From NCBI RefSeq assembly GCF_000940845.1, contig NZ_CP010341.1:1140001-1172000 (forward strand): a stretch of DNA of 32,000 nucleotides. Direction: 5' to 3'. The notes under the pieces were generated by a model. It worked only from the letters and a program-made list of their open reading frames with translations, ran no database searches and was not told where the DNA came from. This document shows positions 7,630 to 23,544 of the stretch, in pieces. Position 1 is the first letter of the stretch; each line of letters starts with the position of its first letter. Source of the stretch: Propionibacterium freudenreichii subsp. freudenreichii (GTDB taxonomy: Bacteria > Actinomycetota > Actinomycetes > Propionibacteriales > Propionibacteriaceae). The position numbers and the translations under genes are program-made.

Positions 7630-8253
7630 ATGACGACACCCCGATTCGTGCTCATGCGCCATGGCGAAACCGACTGGAACACCAAGAATCAGTATCAGGG
7701 CTCCTCTGATATCCCCCTCAATGCCGTGGGACGTGCGCAGGCGGGCGCGGCGGCCGGGTGGATCGCGCATCTGAACCCCGTCGCCATCTGGGCGTCGCCG
7801 TTGGAGCGGGCACTCGACACGGCGCGCGCGGTGGCCTCGTTCACCGGTCAGCAGGTCAACGTCGACCCACGACTGGCCGAGCTCGACTACGGGGACTTCG
7901 AGGGCTGGACCTGGGAACAGATTGAGAAGGTGGAGCCGGGACTGGCCGCCTGGCGCGACGGGGAGTCCGATGGCCGCTGGTCGGCGTCGGGGGAGACCGG
8001 GGCCGAAGTGATGGCGCGCATGGGTGAGACGCTCACCCACCTGGACCGTGTCACCGAACCCGGCCCGATCCTGGTCTGCAGCCATGGCACGGCCATCCGT
8101 CTGGGCGTGGCGGCGCTGGTCGGCTGGGACTACCCGGAGATCTGGAAACTCGCCTCGATGGGCAACTGTTGCTACACCGAGGTCATCCGTGAGTTTGACG
8201 CCTGGCGGGTCGAGCGCTTCAACGTGCCACCGCAGTGGAACTTCTCCGGATAG
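7630..8253 (+). CDS. Histidine phosphatase family protein (phosphoglycerate-mutase-like)
   Basis: 207 aa. It contains LMRHGETDWN (the RHG catalytic motif) and a later SHGTAIR histidine. AAGGAG (7620-7625) lies 4 nt upstream of the ATG. Confidence 0.85.
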   Translation: MTTPRFVLMRHGETDWNTKNQYQGSSDIPLNAVGRAQAGAAAGWIAHLNPVAIWASPLERALDTARAVASFTGQQVNVDPRLAELDYGDFEGWTWEQIEKVEPGLAAWRDGESDGRWSASGETGAEVMARMGETLTHLDRVTEPGPILVCSHGTAIRLGVAALVGWDYPEIWKLASMGNCCYTEVIREFDAWRVERFNVPPQWNFSG

Positions 8254-8274
8254 CGCCGTGCTAACTTGACCGGC

Positions 8275-9987
8275 ATGGCCAAGCCCGCAGACAACATTGC
8301 AGCCTCCGATTTCATTGCCGACGCGATCACCAAGGACAACGAGGTCGGGACCTACGCGCAGCGTGTCCAGACCCGTTTCCCGCCAGAGCCCAATGGCTAC
8401 CTGCACATCGGCCATGCCAAGGCGATCACGGTGGACTTCGGCACCGCCGAGGAGTTCGGTGGACTGTGCAATGTGCGCCTGGACGACACGAACCCGGTGG
8501 CCGAGAACCCGGAGTACGTGGAATCGATCCTGGCCGATATCGCATGGCTGGGTTACCAGCCGCACACGGTGGTGCACGCCTCGGACTATTTCGAACAGCT
8601 CTACCAGTGGGCCGAGTACCTGGTGGAGCAGGGCCTTGCCTACGTCGACGACCAGGACACCGAGACGATCTCCGCCCAACGCGGCGGCTTCGGCAAGCCG
8701 GGCATCGAGAGCCCCTGCCGTGACCGCACGGTCGAGGAGAACCTTGACCTACTGCATCGCATGCGCGCCGGAGAATTCGACGACGGCGCCTGCGTGCTGC
8801 GCGCGAAGATCGACATGCAGTCCGACAACATGGTGATGCGCGATCCGGTGATGTACCGGATCCGGCATGCCACCCATCACCAGACCGGTAACGACTGGCC
8901 GATCTTCCCCACCTATGACTGGGCCCACGGGCAGTCGGATGCCATCGAGGGCGTGACACATTCCCTGTGCACCCTGGAGTTCGATTCGCACCGTCCGCTG
9001 TACAACTGGTTCCTCGAGCACCTGCCGTTGCCCGGGGACCAGCCACGCCAGATCGAGTTCGCGCGACTGGAGCTGACCTACACCGTCACCTCGAAGCGCC
9101 GACTGGCCAAGCTGGTGGCGGACGGCGTCGTTTCGGGCTGGGACGATCCGCGCATGCCCACCCTGCGTGGCCTGCGTCGCAGGGGATACCCGGCGGCCGC
9201 AGTGCGTGACTTCTGCCGCGATATCGGCACCACGCGCACGAACTCGCGCCACAACATCGAGGAGCTCGAGTCCTTCGTGCGCCGGGAGCTGAACAAGACC
9301 GCCCAGCGTCGCATGGTGGTGACGCGTCCGCTCAGGCTCGTGATCGACAACTGGCCGACCGACGAGCACGGGGCCCCCGAGGTCGACTGGTTCGACGTGA
9401 CGAACAACCCCGAGAACCCGGCCGACGGGACGCGCCGGGTGCCCTTCAGCGGGGAACTGTTCATTGAACGCGACGACTTCGCCGAGGTGCCGCCACCCAA
9501 GTTCTTCCGGCTATCCATCGGGCGCGAGGTGCGCCTGCGCGGTGCCTACTTCGTCACCGCCACCTCCGTGGTCACCAATGAGGCCGGTGAGGTCACCGAG
9601 GTGCATGCCACCTATGATCCGGCGACCCGCGGCGGGGACGCCCCGGATGGCCGCAAGGTGAAGTCGACGATGCACTGGGTCAGCGCGGCCCACGCCGTCG
9701 ACGTGAAGGTGGCCCTGTACAACCGGCTGTTCACCACCCCGGCCCCCGGCGAGCGGACGGGCGAACCCCTCGACGACCTGAACCCGGACTCCGTCGAATT
9801 GCTCACCGATGCCAAGGGCGAGGGCGTGATCAATGAGGTGGAGCCGGGACAGGTGGTGCAGTTCGAACGCCTCGGGTACTTCTGCGCGGACCTCGACGAG
9901 CCCCGCCTGTTCCACCGCACCGTGGGACTGCGCGACGAGTGGGCCGCCCAGCAGCGTCGTGCCGCCAAAGCAGCCAAGAATGGTTGA
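8275..9987 (+). CDS. glnS: Glutamine--tRNA ligase (GlnRS)
   Basis: This is a class I aaRS: RFPPEPNGYLHIGHAKA carries the HIGH motif and LTYTVTSKRRL is the KMSKS-equivalent. Length and colinearity fit GlnRS. The start is ambiguous between TTG 8266 (track) and ATG 8275, and neither has a clear SD. Confidence 0.85.
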   Translation: MAKPADNIAASDFIADAITKDNEVGTYAQRVQTRFPPEPNGYLHIGHAKAITVDFGTAEEFGGLCNVRLDDTNPVAENPEYVESILADIAWLGYQPHTVVHASDYFEQLYQWAEYLVEQGLAYVDDQDTETISAQRGGFGKPGIESPCRDRTVEENLDLLHRMRAGEFDDGACVLRAKIDMQSDNMVMRDPVMYRIRHATHHQTGNDWPIFPTYDWAHGQSDAIEGVTHSLCTLEFDSHRPLYNWFLEHLPLPGDQPRQIEFARLELTYTVTSKRRLAKLVADGVVSGWDDPRMPTLRGLRRRGYPAAAVRDFCRDIGTTRTNSRHNIEELESFVRRELNKTAQRRMVVTRPLRLVIDNWPTDEHGAPEVDWFDVTNNPENPADGTRRVPFSGELFIERDDFAEVPPPKFFRLSIGREVRLRGAYFVTATSVVTNEAGEVTEVHATYDPATRGGDAPDGRKVKSTMHWVSAAHAVDVKVALYNRLFTTPAPGERTGEPLDDLNPDSVELLTDAKGEGVINEVEPGQVVQFERLGYFCADLDEPRLFHRTVGLRDEWAAQQRRAAKAAKNG

Positions 9988-10012
9988 GCCGGCCAGGAGG
10001 GGTTGAGCCGGC
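9982..10012. repeat. 12-bp perfect direct repeat GGTTGAGCCGGC x2 (period 19) spanning the glnS stop codon
   Basis: The copies lie at 9982-9993 and 10001-10012. The first contains the glnS TGA (9985-9987). The 19-bp units match at 14 of 19 positions. Confidence 0.8.
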
Positions 10013-10031
10013 GGGGCACCTGCGGGCGCGG

Positions 10032-10778
10032 TCAGACCCCGGAGGCCACCAGGGTGCTCACTGCCGCCAACGGCTCCACGTCACCGACCAGCTCGACCCG
10101 GGCATGGCGTCCGAACATCCACAGGGCCAGCTGCGGTGCGGAACCCCTTGCGGTGACGATCGGCAGGCCGCGCCGGGCGATGATCCGGGACGGGTGCGGG
10201 GCATCGAGGCGCTCCAGCTGCACCCCGGCGGGGGAGCCCCTCAGCAACATCGTGGCCAGCGGCGGCATCCGGTGCCACAATTCGTCGCGCAGGCGCTGCG
10301 ATAGCCCACGGTCGGATCCCACCGGGTCGTTGCCGCCGTGGGGGACCGCGTCGGTCACGTCGTGGAGGTGCACGAAGTACTCCAGCGCGTTGCCGATGCG
10401 ATCGAGCTGCGGCGCGCGCCACACGGACCATGGCCGTGGACCGGCCCGGAACAGGTCCACCACCCCCTGATAGCCATGGCGCGTCAGGGCCCGCTCCATG
10501 CTCCGGGTGGTCAGCCGCTGGGCTGCCGGCCCGGCGGGGCCGGGTAGTCCGGCGATGCCGGGCAACGACAGCGGGTCGTTCTCGCGAACGTACAGATGGG
10601 CCGCCAGGTCGGCCGTTGTCCACCCCGTGCACAGGGTCCTGGCGTCCGGTCCCGCCTGGGTCAGGGCGTCGGCGAGCGCCAGCCGGAAGACATGGGCAGC
10701 GTCATATCGAGGATGGATTGCCACGTAATCACTGTAGGCGGGTCGGGACGTCCACCGGCCGCCATCTGGCGTGGACAT
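10032..10778 (-). CDS. TIGR03085-like / DinB-fold (mycothiol maleylpyruvate isomerase N-terminal domain) family protein
   Basis: Track ORF 10032..11174 trimmed, because its upstream part overlaps hisI antisense and is Arg/Gly junk. The conserved core is [30 protein letters not shown]. The start is either ATG 10778 or GTG 10724, and neither has an SD. Confidence 0.6.
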   Translation of the reverse strand: MSTPDGGRWTSRPAYSDYVAIHPRYDAAHVFRLALADALTQAGPDARTLCTGWTTADLAAHLYVRENDPLSLPGIAGLPGPAGPAAQRLTTRSMERALTRHGYQGVVDLFRAGPRPWSVWRAPQLDRIGNALEYFVHLHDVTDAVPHGGNDPVGSDRGLSQRLRDELWHRMPPLATMLLRGSPAGVQLERLDAPHPSRIIARRGLPIVTARGSAPQLALWMFGRHARVELVGDVEPLAAVSTLVASGV

Positions 10779-10793
10779 CGGAGGGCTGGCCCG

Positions 10794-11246
10794 ATGGGGA
10801 ACAATGGAGGCATGTCGACCAACTCCGCCCGATCCACTCGTCTCGACGCGTCCGCCCCGACGCAGGCGGACACGGGGGTGCCGACCCTGGACCCGTCGAT
10901 AGCGCAACGTCTGAAGCGCAACGAGGCCGGTCTCGTGCCGGCGATCGCCCAGGAGGCGACCAGTGGTCGCGTCCTCATGATGGCGTGGATGAACGACGAT
11001 GCCCTGGCCCGCACGCTGGCCACCCGCAAGGCCACCTATTGGTCCAGGTCGCGACAGGAGTTGTGGGTGAAGGGTGAGACGAGCGGGCACACCCAGGCCG
11101 TCCGCGACGTGTGGCTGGACTGCGACGGCGACACGGTGCTGCTGAGCGTCGACCAGGTGGGCGCCGCCTGCCACACGGGTGCCGATACATGTTTTGATGC
11201 CGGCGGTCCGCTGCCGCTGGCGGGGGAGTCAGTGATCGCGTCGTGA
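10794..11246 (+). CDS. hisI: Phosphoribosyl-AMP cyclohydrolase
   Basis: It reads [73 protein letters not shown] prefer ATG 10794 because GGAGGG (10780-10785) lies 8 nt upstream. The alternative ATG 10812 has GGAGG only 1 nt away. Confidence 0.85.
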   Translation: MGNNGGMSTNSARSTRLDASAPTQADTGVPTLDPSIAQRLKRNEAGLVPAIAQEATSGRVLMMAWMNDDALARTLATRKATYWSRSRQELWVKGETSGHTQAVRDVWLDCDGDTVLLSVDQVGAACHTGADTCFDAGGPLPLAGESVIAS

Positions 11247-12775
11247 GCAGGCAGTTGCGCATCGAACCGTCCCTGGAGGGCTTTCGCGAACAGGCCGTGG
11301 ACCGCCGCGTGGTGGGTGTACGCACCCGCCTGCGGGCCGACGACCTGACGCCGATCGCCCTGTACGAGCAGCTCACCGGCGAGGCCGAGGGCAGCTTCAT
11401 CTTCGAATCAGTGGAGCAGGGCACCTGGTCACGCTGGTCGTTCATCGGCGTGCGGTGTCCGTCGATGCTCGTGGGGCGTGGCAACACCAGCGAATGGTTG
11501 GGCCGACCGCTGGAGGGCATCCCCCGCCACGGTCCGTGCCTCGATGTGCTCGCCGCGACGCTCCGTGCACTGCACACCCCCGCCGATCCGGAGCTGCCAC
11601 CGTTCAGTTCGGGCCTGGTGGGCTATCTCGGGTGGGACGTCAAGCGCCAGGTGGAGCCAAGCCTGGGCGAGCCCAATCCCGATGACATCGGCGTACCCGA
11701 CTCCGTGATGATGCTCGCCACCGACATGGCGGTGCTGGACCATCACCGTGGCGAGGTCTGGCTGATCGCCAATGCCATCAACTTCAATGACACCGCCGAG
11801 GGCGTCGACGAGGCATACCGCGACGCCGTCGAACGGGTGCACCGGATGGCCACCAGGCTGACCAGCCCGCGGCCCGCCCTCCTGGCGAGCATCGAGCCCG
11901 ATGCACGTCCACAGGTGACCGAACAGCGGGCACCCGGCGAGTTCGAGGCGATGGTGGAGAAGGCCAAGGAATACGTGATGGCCGGCGACATCTTCCAGGT
12001 CGTGCCCGGGCAGCGCTTCGATGTGGACGTCACCGCCTCGGGCTTCGACATCTACCGGGAACTGCGGGTGGCCAATCCCAGCCCCTATCTGTTCCTGCTG
12101 AAGCTGCCCGGCTTCGACCTCATCGGGTCCAGCCCGGAGGCCCTGGTCACGGTCAAGGACGGCGTCGCGACGACGCATCCGATCGCCGGGACACGTCCCC
12201 GCGGCGACACCGAGGCAGAGGACCGGCGCCTTGAGGATGAGTTGCTGGCCGACGAGAAGGAACGCGCGGAACACCTGATGCTCGTCGACCTGGGACGCAA
12301 CGACCTGGGTCGGGTCTGCATCCCGGGGACCGTGACCGTCACCCAGTTCATGCACGTCGGGCGCTACAGCTATGTGATGCACCTCGAAGCCGCCGTGACC
12401 GGCAGCGTCGAGCCGGGATTGTCAGCGCTCGACGTCGTGATGGCCTGCTTCCCGGCAGGCACCCTGTCGGGCGCACCCAAGCTGCGGGCCATGCAGATCA
12501 TCGACGAACTCGAGTCGACCGCCCGGGGACCCTACGGCGGAGTGGTCGGCTACTTCGACTTCGCCGGAAATGCCGACACCGCAATCTGCATCCGTACCGC
12601 CCTGGTCAAGGACGGCGTGGCCCATGTCTCGGCCGGGGCCGGCATCGTGGCGGACTCGGTGCCCGCCAACGAGAATGCGGAGAGCCACAACAAGGCCGCC
12701 GCAGTCCTCGTGGCGCTGGCCCGGGCCAATGCCTCCCACCGGATCACCCCACAGACACTTCTGGAGCAGTCATGA
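11243..12775 (+). CDS. trpE: Anthranilate synthase component I
   Basis: 510 aa. It contains [18 protein letters not shown] near the N-terminus and the C-terminal chorismate-binding core [25 protein letters not shown]. The GTG start overlaps the hisI stop (GTGA). Confidence 0.93.
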   Translation: MSRQLRIEPSLEGFREQAVDRRVVGVRTRLRADDLTPIALYEQLTGEAEGSFIFESVEQGTWSRWSFIGVRCPSMLVGRGNTSEWLGRPLEGIPRHGPCLDVLAATLRALHTPADPELPPFSSGLVGYLGWDVKRQVEPSLGEPNPDDIGVPDSVMMLATDMAVLDHHRGEVWLIANAINFNDTAEGVDEAYRDAVERVHRMATRLTSPRPALLASIEPDARPQVTEQRAPGEFEAMVEKAKEYVMAGDIFQVVPGQRFDVDVTASGFDIYRELRVANPSPYLFLLKLPGFDLIGSSPEALVTVKDGVATTHPIAGTRPRGDTEAEDRRLEDELLADEKERAEHLMLVDLGRNDLGRVCIPGTVTVTQFMHVGRYSYVMHLEAAVTGSVEPGLSALDVVMACFPAGTLSGAPKLRAMQIIDELESTARGPYGGVVGYFDFAGNADTAICIRTALVKDGVAHVSAGAGIVADSVPANENAESHNKAAAVLVALARANASHRITPQTLLEQS

Positions 12776-13624
12776 CCACCGTGCTCGACGACATCATTAC
12801 CGGCGTGCGCGCCGACATGGCGGCCCGGATGGCCGTGGTGGCGCCCAGCCAGCTCAAGGAACGCATCCGATGGATGGGGCCGACCCTGGACCCGCGCCCC
12901 GGGTTCGGCGGGGACACGATCTCGGTGATCTCAGAGGTCAAGCGCTCGAGTCCCTCCAAGGGCGCCCTGGCGACCATTGAGGACCCGGCGACGATCGCCT
13001 CGGCCTATGAGGCCGGCGGCGCGGCAGCCATCTCGGTGCTCACCGAGAGGCACCGCTTCAATGGCACCCTGGACGACCTGCGCGCCGTGCGTGAGGCGGT
13101 CGGGATCCCGGTGTTGCGCAAGGACTTCGTCGTCGACCCCTACCAGGTGCTGGAAGCCCGCGCCTTCGGTGCCGACCTGGTACTGCTGATCGTGGCGGCA
13201 CTCGATGACAAGCAACTCGCCGGCCTCTACGACCTGGCCCTCTCGTTGGGCCTGCTGCCCCTCATCGAGGTGCACACGGCCGAGGAGATGCGTCGGGCCG
13301 CACTGCTCAAGCCCGAGCTGGTGGGCGTCAACAACCGCAACCTCAAGACCCTGGACGTCGACCTCGCCCAATTCGAGCGCCTGGCACCACTGGCGCCCCA
13401 CGATGCCATCGTGGTGGCCGAGTCGGGCATCCGCGATGCCGCCGATGTCCAGCGGGTGCGTGCGGCCGGAGCCGATGTGGTGCTGGTGGGCGAGGCCTTG
13501 GTGACCAGCGGTAATCCGCGTGAGGCCGTGCAGACGATGATCGAGGCGACCAGGCCGGGCCGCGGGCCCGCAGGATCGCCGGGGAGGGCGACAGTGATGA
13601 ACGACGACAGGCAGGGGGAGAGCA

Positions 13625-13632
<8 letters not shown>
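12772..13632 (+). CDS. trpC: Indole-3-glycerol phosphate synthase
   Basis: 286 aa. It contains [22 protein letters not shown] and [11 protein letters not shown]. It shares an ATGA overlap with trpE and has a ~25-aa low-complexity C-terminal tail. Confidence 0.92.
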
Positions 13633-14874
<1,242 letters not shown>

Positions 14875-14878
<4 letters not shown>

Positions 14879-15771
14879 GCACTACCGACCTCACCAAGCC
14901 CTTCCCCGACGAGAACCGGTTGGGCATCTCTGGCAAGATGGTGGCCGCCTGTCGCGAGCAGGGCAGGCCCGCGCTGGTCGGCTACCTGCCGGTCGGCTAT
15001 CCCGACGTCCCGGGATCCATCGAGGCCATGCAGGCCCTCACCAGCGGAAGCCAGGGACAGGGTGTCGATGCCGTCGAGATCGGCATGCCCTACTCGGACC
15101 CGATGATGGACGGCCTGGCCATCCAGCATGCGACGACGAAGGCCCTGGCACGGGGAGTGCGCACCAGGGACGTGTTCACCGCCGTCGAGGCCGTCGCCCA
15201 CACCGGCGCGACCCCCATGGTGATGATCTACTGGAACCTGGTGGAGCACTACGGCAGCCACGGTCGGACCACCCACCCGGAGGAATCCGTGCGTGGCTTC
15301 GCCCGCGACCTGGCCAATGCCGGGGGAGCCGGACTCATCACCCCCGACCTCACGCCCGATGATGCCGCCATGTGGGCGGCCGCCTCCGACGAGTTCGGCC
15401 TCGACCGGGTCTACCTGGTCGCGCCGTCGTCGACGGAGCGTCGCCTGAAGATGACCACCGACGCCTGCCGCGGATGGGTCTACGCCACCAGCGTGATGGG
15501 AGTGACCGGGGCCCGTGCCAGCACTTCTTCGGCGGCACCACAGCTCGTGGAGCGGGTGCGCCGCGCGGCCCCCGACCTGCCGGTTGGCATCGGACTGGGC
15601 GTCTCCAATGGCGAGCAGGCCGCCGAGATCGGCTCGTTCGCCGACCTGGTCATCGTCGGGTCCGCGCTGGTCAAGCGACTGCTGGACGCCGAGGACGCTG
15701 GGACACGCGACTTGGGTCCGCTGCGGGCAACTGTCGACGACCTCGCCGCAGGGGTGAGGAAGGCTTGGTGA
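14875..15771 (+). CDS. trpA: Tryptophan synthase alpha chain
   Basis: 298 aa. It contains [27 protein letters not shown] and GFGV-like GIGLGVS motifs. It shares an ATGA overlap with trpB. Confidence 0.92.
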
Positions 15772-16739
15772 GCCCGCTGTTCATCCCCAGCCCGCCGATC
15801 AGCAGCTTCTCGCTGGGACCGCTGACGATCCACTTCTACGCCCTGTGCATCCTGGCCGGCATCGTGGTCGCCGCCGTGCTGGGCAATCGTCGCCTGGCGC
15901 GCCAGGGCGCAACGCGTGAGCAGTTCGAGTCGATGCTGCTGTGGGTGGTGGTCATCGGGATCATCGGGGCACGTGCCTACCACGTGATCACCGATCACGA
16001 GCTGTACTTCGGACCCGGACGCCACCCGATCGACGCCCTCAAGATCTGGAACGGCGGACTCGGCATCTGGGGCGGGGTCGCCGCTGGCGCGCTCACCGCC
16101 TGGGTGTGGTGCCGACGCAACGGAATGCGATTCGGCGTGGTGGCCGATGCCCTTGCCCCGGCCGTGATCTTCGCCCAGGCCCTGGGGCGCCTGGGGAATT
16201 GGTTCAACCAGGAATTGTTCGGCCGCCCCACGACCCTGCCCTGGGGCCTCCTCATCGATCCCGAGCACCGGCCCGTGGGCTATGAGCAGTTCGCCACCTT
16301 CCACCCGACCTTCCTCTACGAATTGATCTGGGACGTGCTGGGTGGCTTCCTGCTGTTGTGGTTGGGACGCCGGTTCGCCATGGGGCGGGGCAAGCTGTTC
16401 ACCTGCTATGTCATGTACTACTGCCTGGGTCGGTTCTTCATCGAGGCCCTGCGCATTGACCCGGCGAACACCATCGGTGGATTCCGCATCAACAACTACA
16501 CCTCGGCCATCGTGTTCGTGCTCGCCACGATCCTGTTCATCTGGCAACTGCGCTTCCGTCCGGGCAACGCGCCCGACGTGTGGCGCGCCTCGCCTGACAT
16601 GGCAGTGCCGACAGGCGACCACCCGGCGGGGCCCGCACCGATCGCGGACGACGCCCCCACGCAGGTTTCCCCGGGCCCTGACGCGTCCGGGAGCGGGACC
16701 CACGTGCCCAACGTCCCACGGGGCGAGTCCTTCAACTGA
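15768..16739 (+). CDS. lgt: Prolipoprotein diacylglyceryl transferase
   Basis: Track ORF 15372..16739 trimmed to GTG 15768, which overlaps the trpA stop as GTGA (TTG 15765 is an alternative). The product starts [32 protein letters not shown] and contains GGLGIWGG and [16 protein letters not shown]. It has a Pro-rich C-terminal tail. The upstream part of the track ORF is the out-of-frame shadow of trpA. Confidence 0.88.
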   Translation: MSPLFIPSPPISSFSLGPLTIHFYALCILAGIVVAAVLGNRRLARQGATREQFESMLLWVVVIGIIGARAYHVITDHELYFGPGRHPIDALKIWNGGLGIWGGVAAGALTAWVWCRRNGMRFGVVADALAPAVIFAQALGRLGNWFNQELFGRPTTLPWGLLIDPEHRPVGYEQFATFHPTFLYELIWDVLGGFLLLWLGRRFAMGRGKLFTCYVMYYCLGRFFIEALRIDPANTIGGFRINNYTSAIVFVLATILFIWQLRFRPGNAPDVWRASPDMAVPTGDHPAGPAPIADDAPTQVSPGPDASGSGTHVPNVPRGESFN

Positions 16740-16882
16740 GCCGCGCGCTCGCCGGCGCGGACACGATCACGGTGCCATCGGGCATGCCCTGCGGGGGTTG
16801 CCCGGCCCGTCCGCTCCGTAATCGCCGTGATCAGCACCACGCAGCAGCGATTATTCTCGCGTCGAGACGGAGGGAACATCAC

Positions 16883-21383
<4,501 letters not shown>

Positions 21384-21391
<8 letters not shown>

Positions 21392-22853
21392 CTTCAAGGG
21401 ATTCATGAAGTACCCGCGCGAGGTCGCCGTGCGCCGACCGGCCGACGAGCGCGTGGACGACTGGGATGAGGTCTACCCGGGCACTCCCGGCGAGGCCGTG
21501 CTCCCGCTGATCACCACCCAGGCCGCCCGGTGCATGGACTGTGGCGTTCCCTTCTGCCACAACGGCTGCCCGCTGGGCAATCTCATTCCGGAATGGAATG
21601 ACCTCATCTGGCGTGGTGAGTGGCAGGTGGCACTTGACCGCCTGCATGCCACCAACAACTTCCCCGAGTTCACCGGACGGCTGTGCCCGGCGCCGTGCGA
21701 GACCGCCTGTGTGGAGGGAATCCACCGCGATCCGGTGACCATCAAGAACGTCGAGGTCGCCACCGTCGACAAGGGCTGGGACGACCTGCGGGTCACCCCC
21801 CAGATGCCCAACTGGCACACCCTGAAGACGGTGGCCGTGGTGGGATCGGGGCCCTCCGGACTGGCCGTGGCCCAGCAACTGACCCGGGCCGGGCATTCCG
21901 TGGTGGTCTATGAGCGTGCCGACGCGCCCGGCGGCCTGCTGCGCTACGGCATCCCCAATTTCAAGCTCGAGAAGTCGGTTGTGGACCGGCGCCTGAAGCA
22001 GATGCGACTTGAGGGGACCACCTTCAAGACCGGCGTGACCATCGGCGAGGACATCACCGGTGAGCAGCTGCTCGAGCGCTTCGATGCGATCGTGTTGGCG
22101 ATCGGCTCGACAACCCCCAGGGAGCTGCCGATTCCCGGCCGCGAGCTGCGCGGCGTCCACCAGGCGATGGAGTTCCTGCCCCAGGCGACCAAGGCGCTGA
22201 GCGGCGAGGTTCCCGACCAGATCATGGCCACCGGAAAGGACGTCGTCGTCATCGGGGGCGGCGACACCTCCAACGACTGCCTGGGCACCGCGCTGCGGCA
22301 GGGTGCCCGATCCGTGCTCCAGCTGGAGATCATGCCCCATCCGCCCACGACGCGTCCCGACTCCCAGCCGTGGCCCACCTATCCGATGATCTACCGGGTC
22401 TCGAGTGCGAACGAGGAGGGCGGGGAACGGCTGTATTCCGCCAGCTCGAGCGAGTTCCTGGGTGACGACCAGGGCAACGTCAGGGCCGTGCGGTTGTCCG
22501 AGGTGCGTCGTGAGGCAAATGGTCGCTTCGCCCCGGTGCCCGGCACCGAACGTGAGATCGACGCCCAGCTGGTGTTGTTGGCGATGGGCTTCGTCGGACC
22601 CGAGAAGTCGGGACTGGTCAGCGAATTGGACCTTGAACTCGACCGTCGCGGCAATATCGTGCGTGATGAGGACTTCCAGACCACCGTGCCCGGCGTGTTC
22701 GCCTGTGGTGATGCCGGACGCGGACAGTCACTGGTCGTCTGGGCCATTGCGGAGGGCCGCAGTTGCGCCCACGGCGTCGACGCCTTCCTGAACGGTCACC
22801 CCTCCCCGTTGCCCAGGCCGATTGGCCCCCAGGTGCGCCAGTTGATGCTGTGA
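21384..22853 (+). CDS. gltD: Glutamate synthase small subunit (NAD(P)H-dependent)
   Basis: 489 aa. It has a Cys cluster [23 protein letters not shown] and two dinucleotide folds, [12 protein letters not shown] and [13 protein letters not shown]. The GTG start overlaps gltB by 8 nt. Confidence 0.93.
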
Positions 22854-22861
22854 CGCCCCGA

Positions 22862-22885
22862 CACCCGCGCGGTCAGGCGCGGGTG
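22862..22885. terminator. Perfect 9-bp-stem hairpin between convergent gltD and the DUF308 gene
   Basis: cacccgcgc (22862-22870), loop ggtcag, gcgcgggtg (22877-22885). It starts 9 nt after the gltD stop and overlaps the stop codon (22873-22875) of the minus-strand gene. Confidence 0.55.
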
Positions 22886-23544
22886 ATCGGCGGGTTCGCG
22901 GGTCCCCCGGCGTCGGGCCCCTCATCGGGGACGACGCTGCCCTCGACGACCGTCGGGCCGCCGAATCCGGCATCCCGGGCGGCCCTGCGCACCCCGGCTG
23001 CGAAACGACGCAGCTGCACGCCGGCCGCGATCAGCGCGAGGCCGAAGACCAGGACGCCGATGCCCAGCAACATGCCCAGGGCGTCGGCGCCGAATCCGGG
23101 ACGTGCCAGGAACACCAATCCCAGGACCCCGGCCACTGCACCGGCCGGCAATGACCATGCCCAGCGGCCCGTGGCCCGGCGCACGGCCAGGGAGATCGCC
23201 ACCACGAAGATGCCGAACATCACCAGGCAGGCCCCCATGAAGCTCACCAGGATGCGGGTGCTCATGCCGGGATGCCACAGCATCACCAGCGACAACACGA
23301 CGCCCAACACCCCGACGGCCGTCATCAGGCCCGACCCGGGCAGGCTGCGCAGCCGCAGGCTCGTGACCACGGTGCCGGCCCCCGAGAGCAGCAGGTAGAG
23401 GCTGAGGATCACGACGATGGAGGTGACGGTGCCACCGGGCCAGAACAGGGCCACGGCGGCGAAGACCACCGCCAGGATGCCGCTGATCAGGGGCAGCAGG
23501 CCCAATGTGCGCAGGGACTCGGTCAGGGCGTCGGACAGGTTCAT
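22873..23544 (-). CDS. HdeD/DUF308-family integral membrane protein
   Basis: Track ORF 22873..23805 trimmed to ATG 23544, which has GAGGAG (complement of 23551-23556) 6 nt upstream. The product starts MNLSDALTESLRTLGLLPLISGILAVVFAAVALFWPG and has six repeated hydrophobic helices in DUF308 style. The family call is from pattern only. Confidence 0.6.
   Translation of the reverse strand: MNLSDALTESLRTLGLLPLISGILAVVFAAVALFWPGGTVTSIVVILSLYLLLSGAGTVVTSLRLRSLPGSGLMTAVGVLGVVLSLVMLWHPGMSTRILVSFMGACLVMFGIFVVAISLAVRRATGRWAWSLPAGAVAGVLGLVFLARPGFGADALGMLLGIGVLVFGLALIAAGVQLRRFAAGVRRAARDAGFGGPTVVEGSVVPDEGPDAGGPANPPITRA

Noticed and set aside
7600-8679. 359-aa ORF on the - strand
   Set aside because: It spans the intergenic promoter, the whole histidine-phosphatase gene and the start of glnS on the opposite strand. 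A real gene would not ignore these boundaries, and the sequence is Arg/Gly/Val filler.
10779-11260. Search for a trp leader peptide or attenuator (tandem Trp codons plus alternative hairpins) upstream of trpE
   Set aside because: trpE starts inside the hisI stop (GTGA), so there is no untranslated leader. No tandem TGG-TGG mini-ORF is visible upstream of hisI either.
15372-15767. N-terminal 132-codon extension of the lgt ORF; similar extensions occur for dnaE (23272-23769), gltB (16772-16882), hisI (10596-10793), the SBP (7442-7639) and the DUF308 gene (23545-23805)
   Set aside because: The extensions overlap neighbouring well-supported genes or promoters. They are Arg/Pro/Gly-rich and precede an internal start that has a proper SD and/or the conserved family N-terminus.
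15480-16703. 407-aa ORF on the - strand
   Set aside because: It is antisense to trpA and lgt and crosses their junction. It has no motifs.
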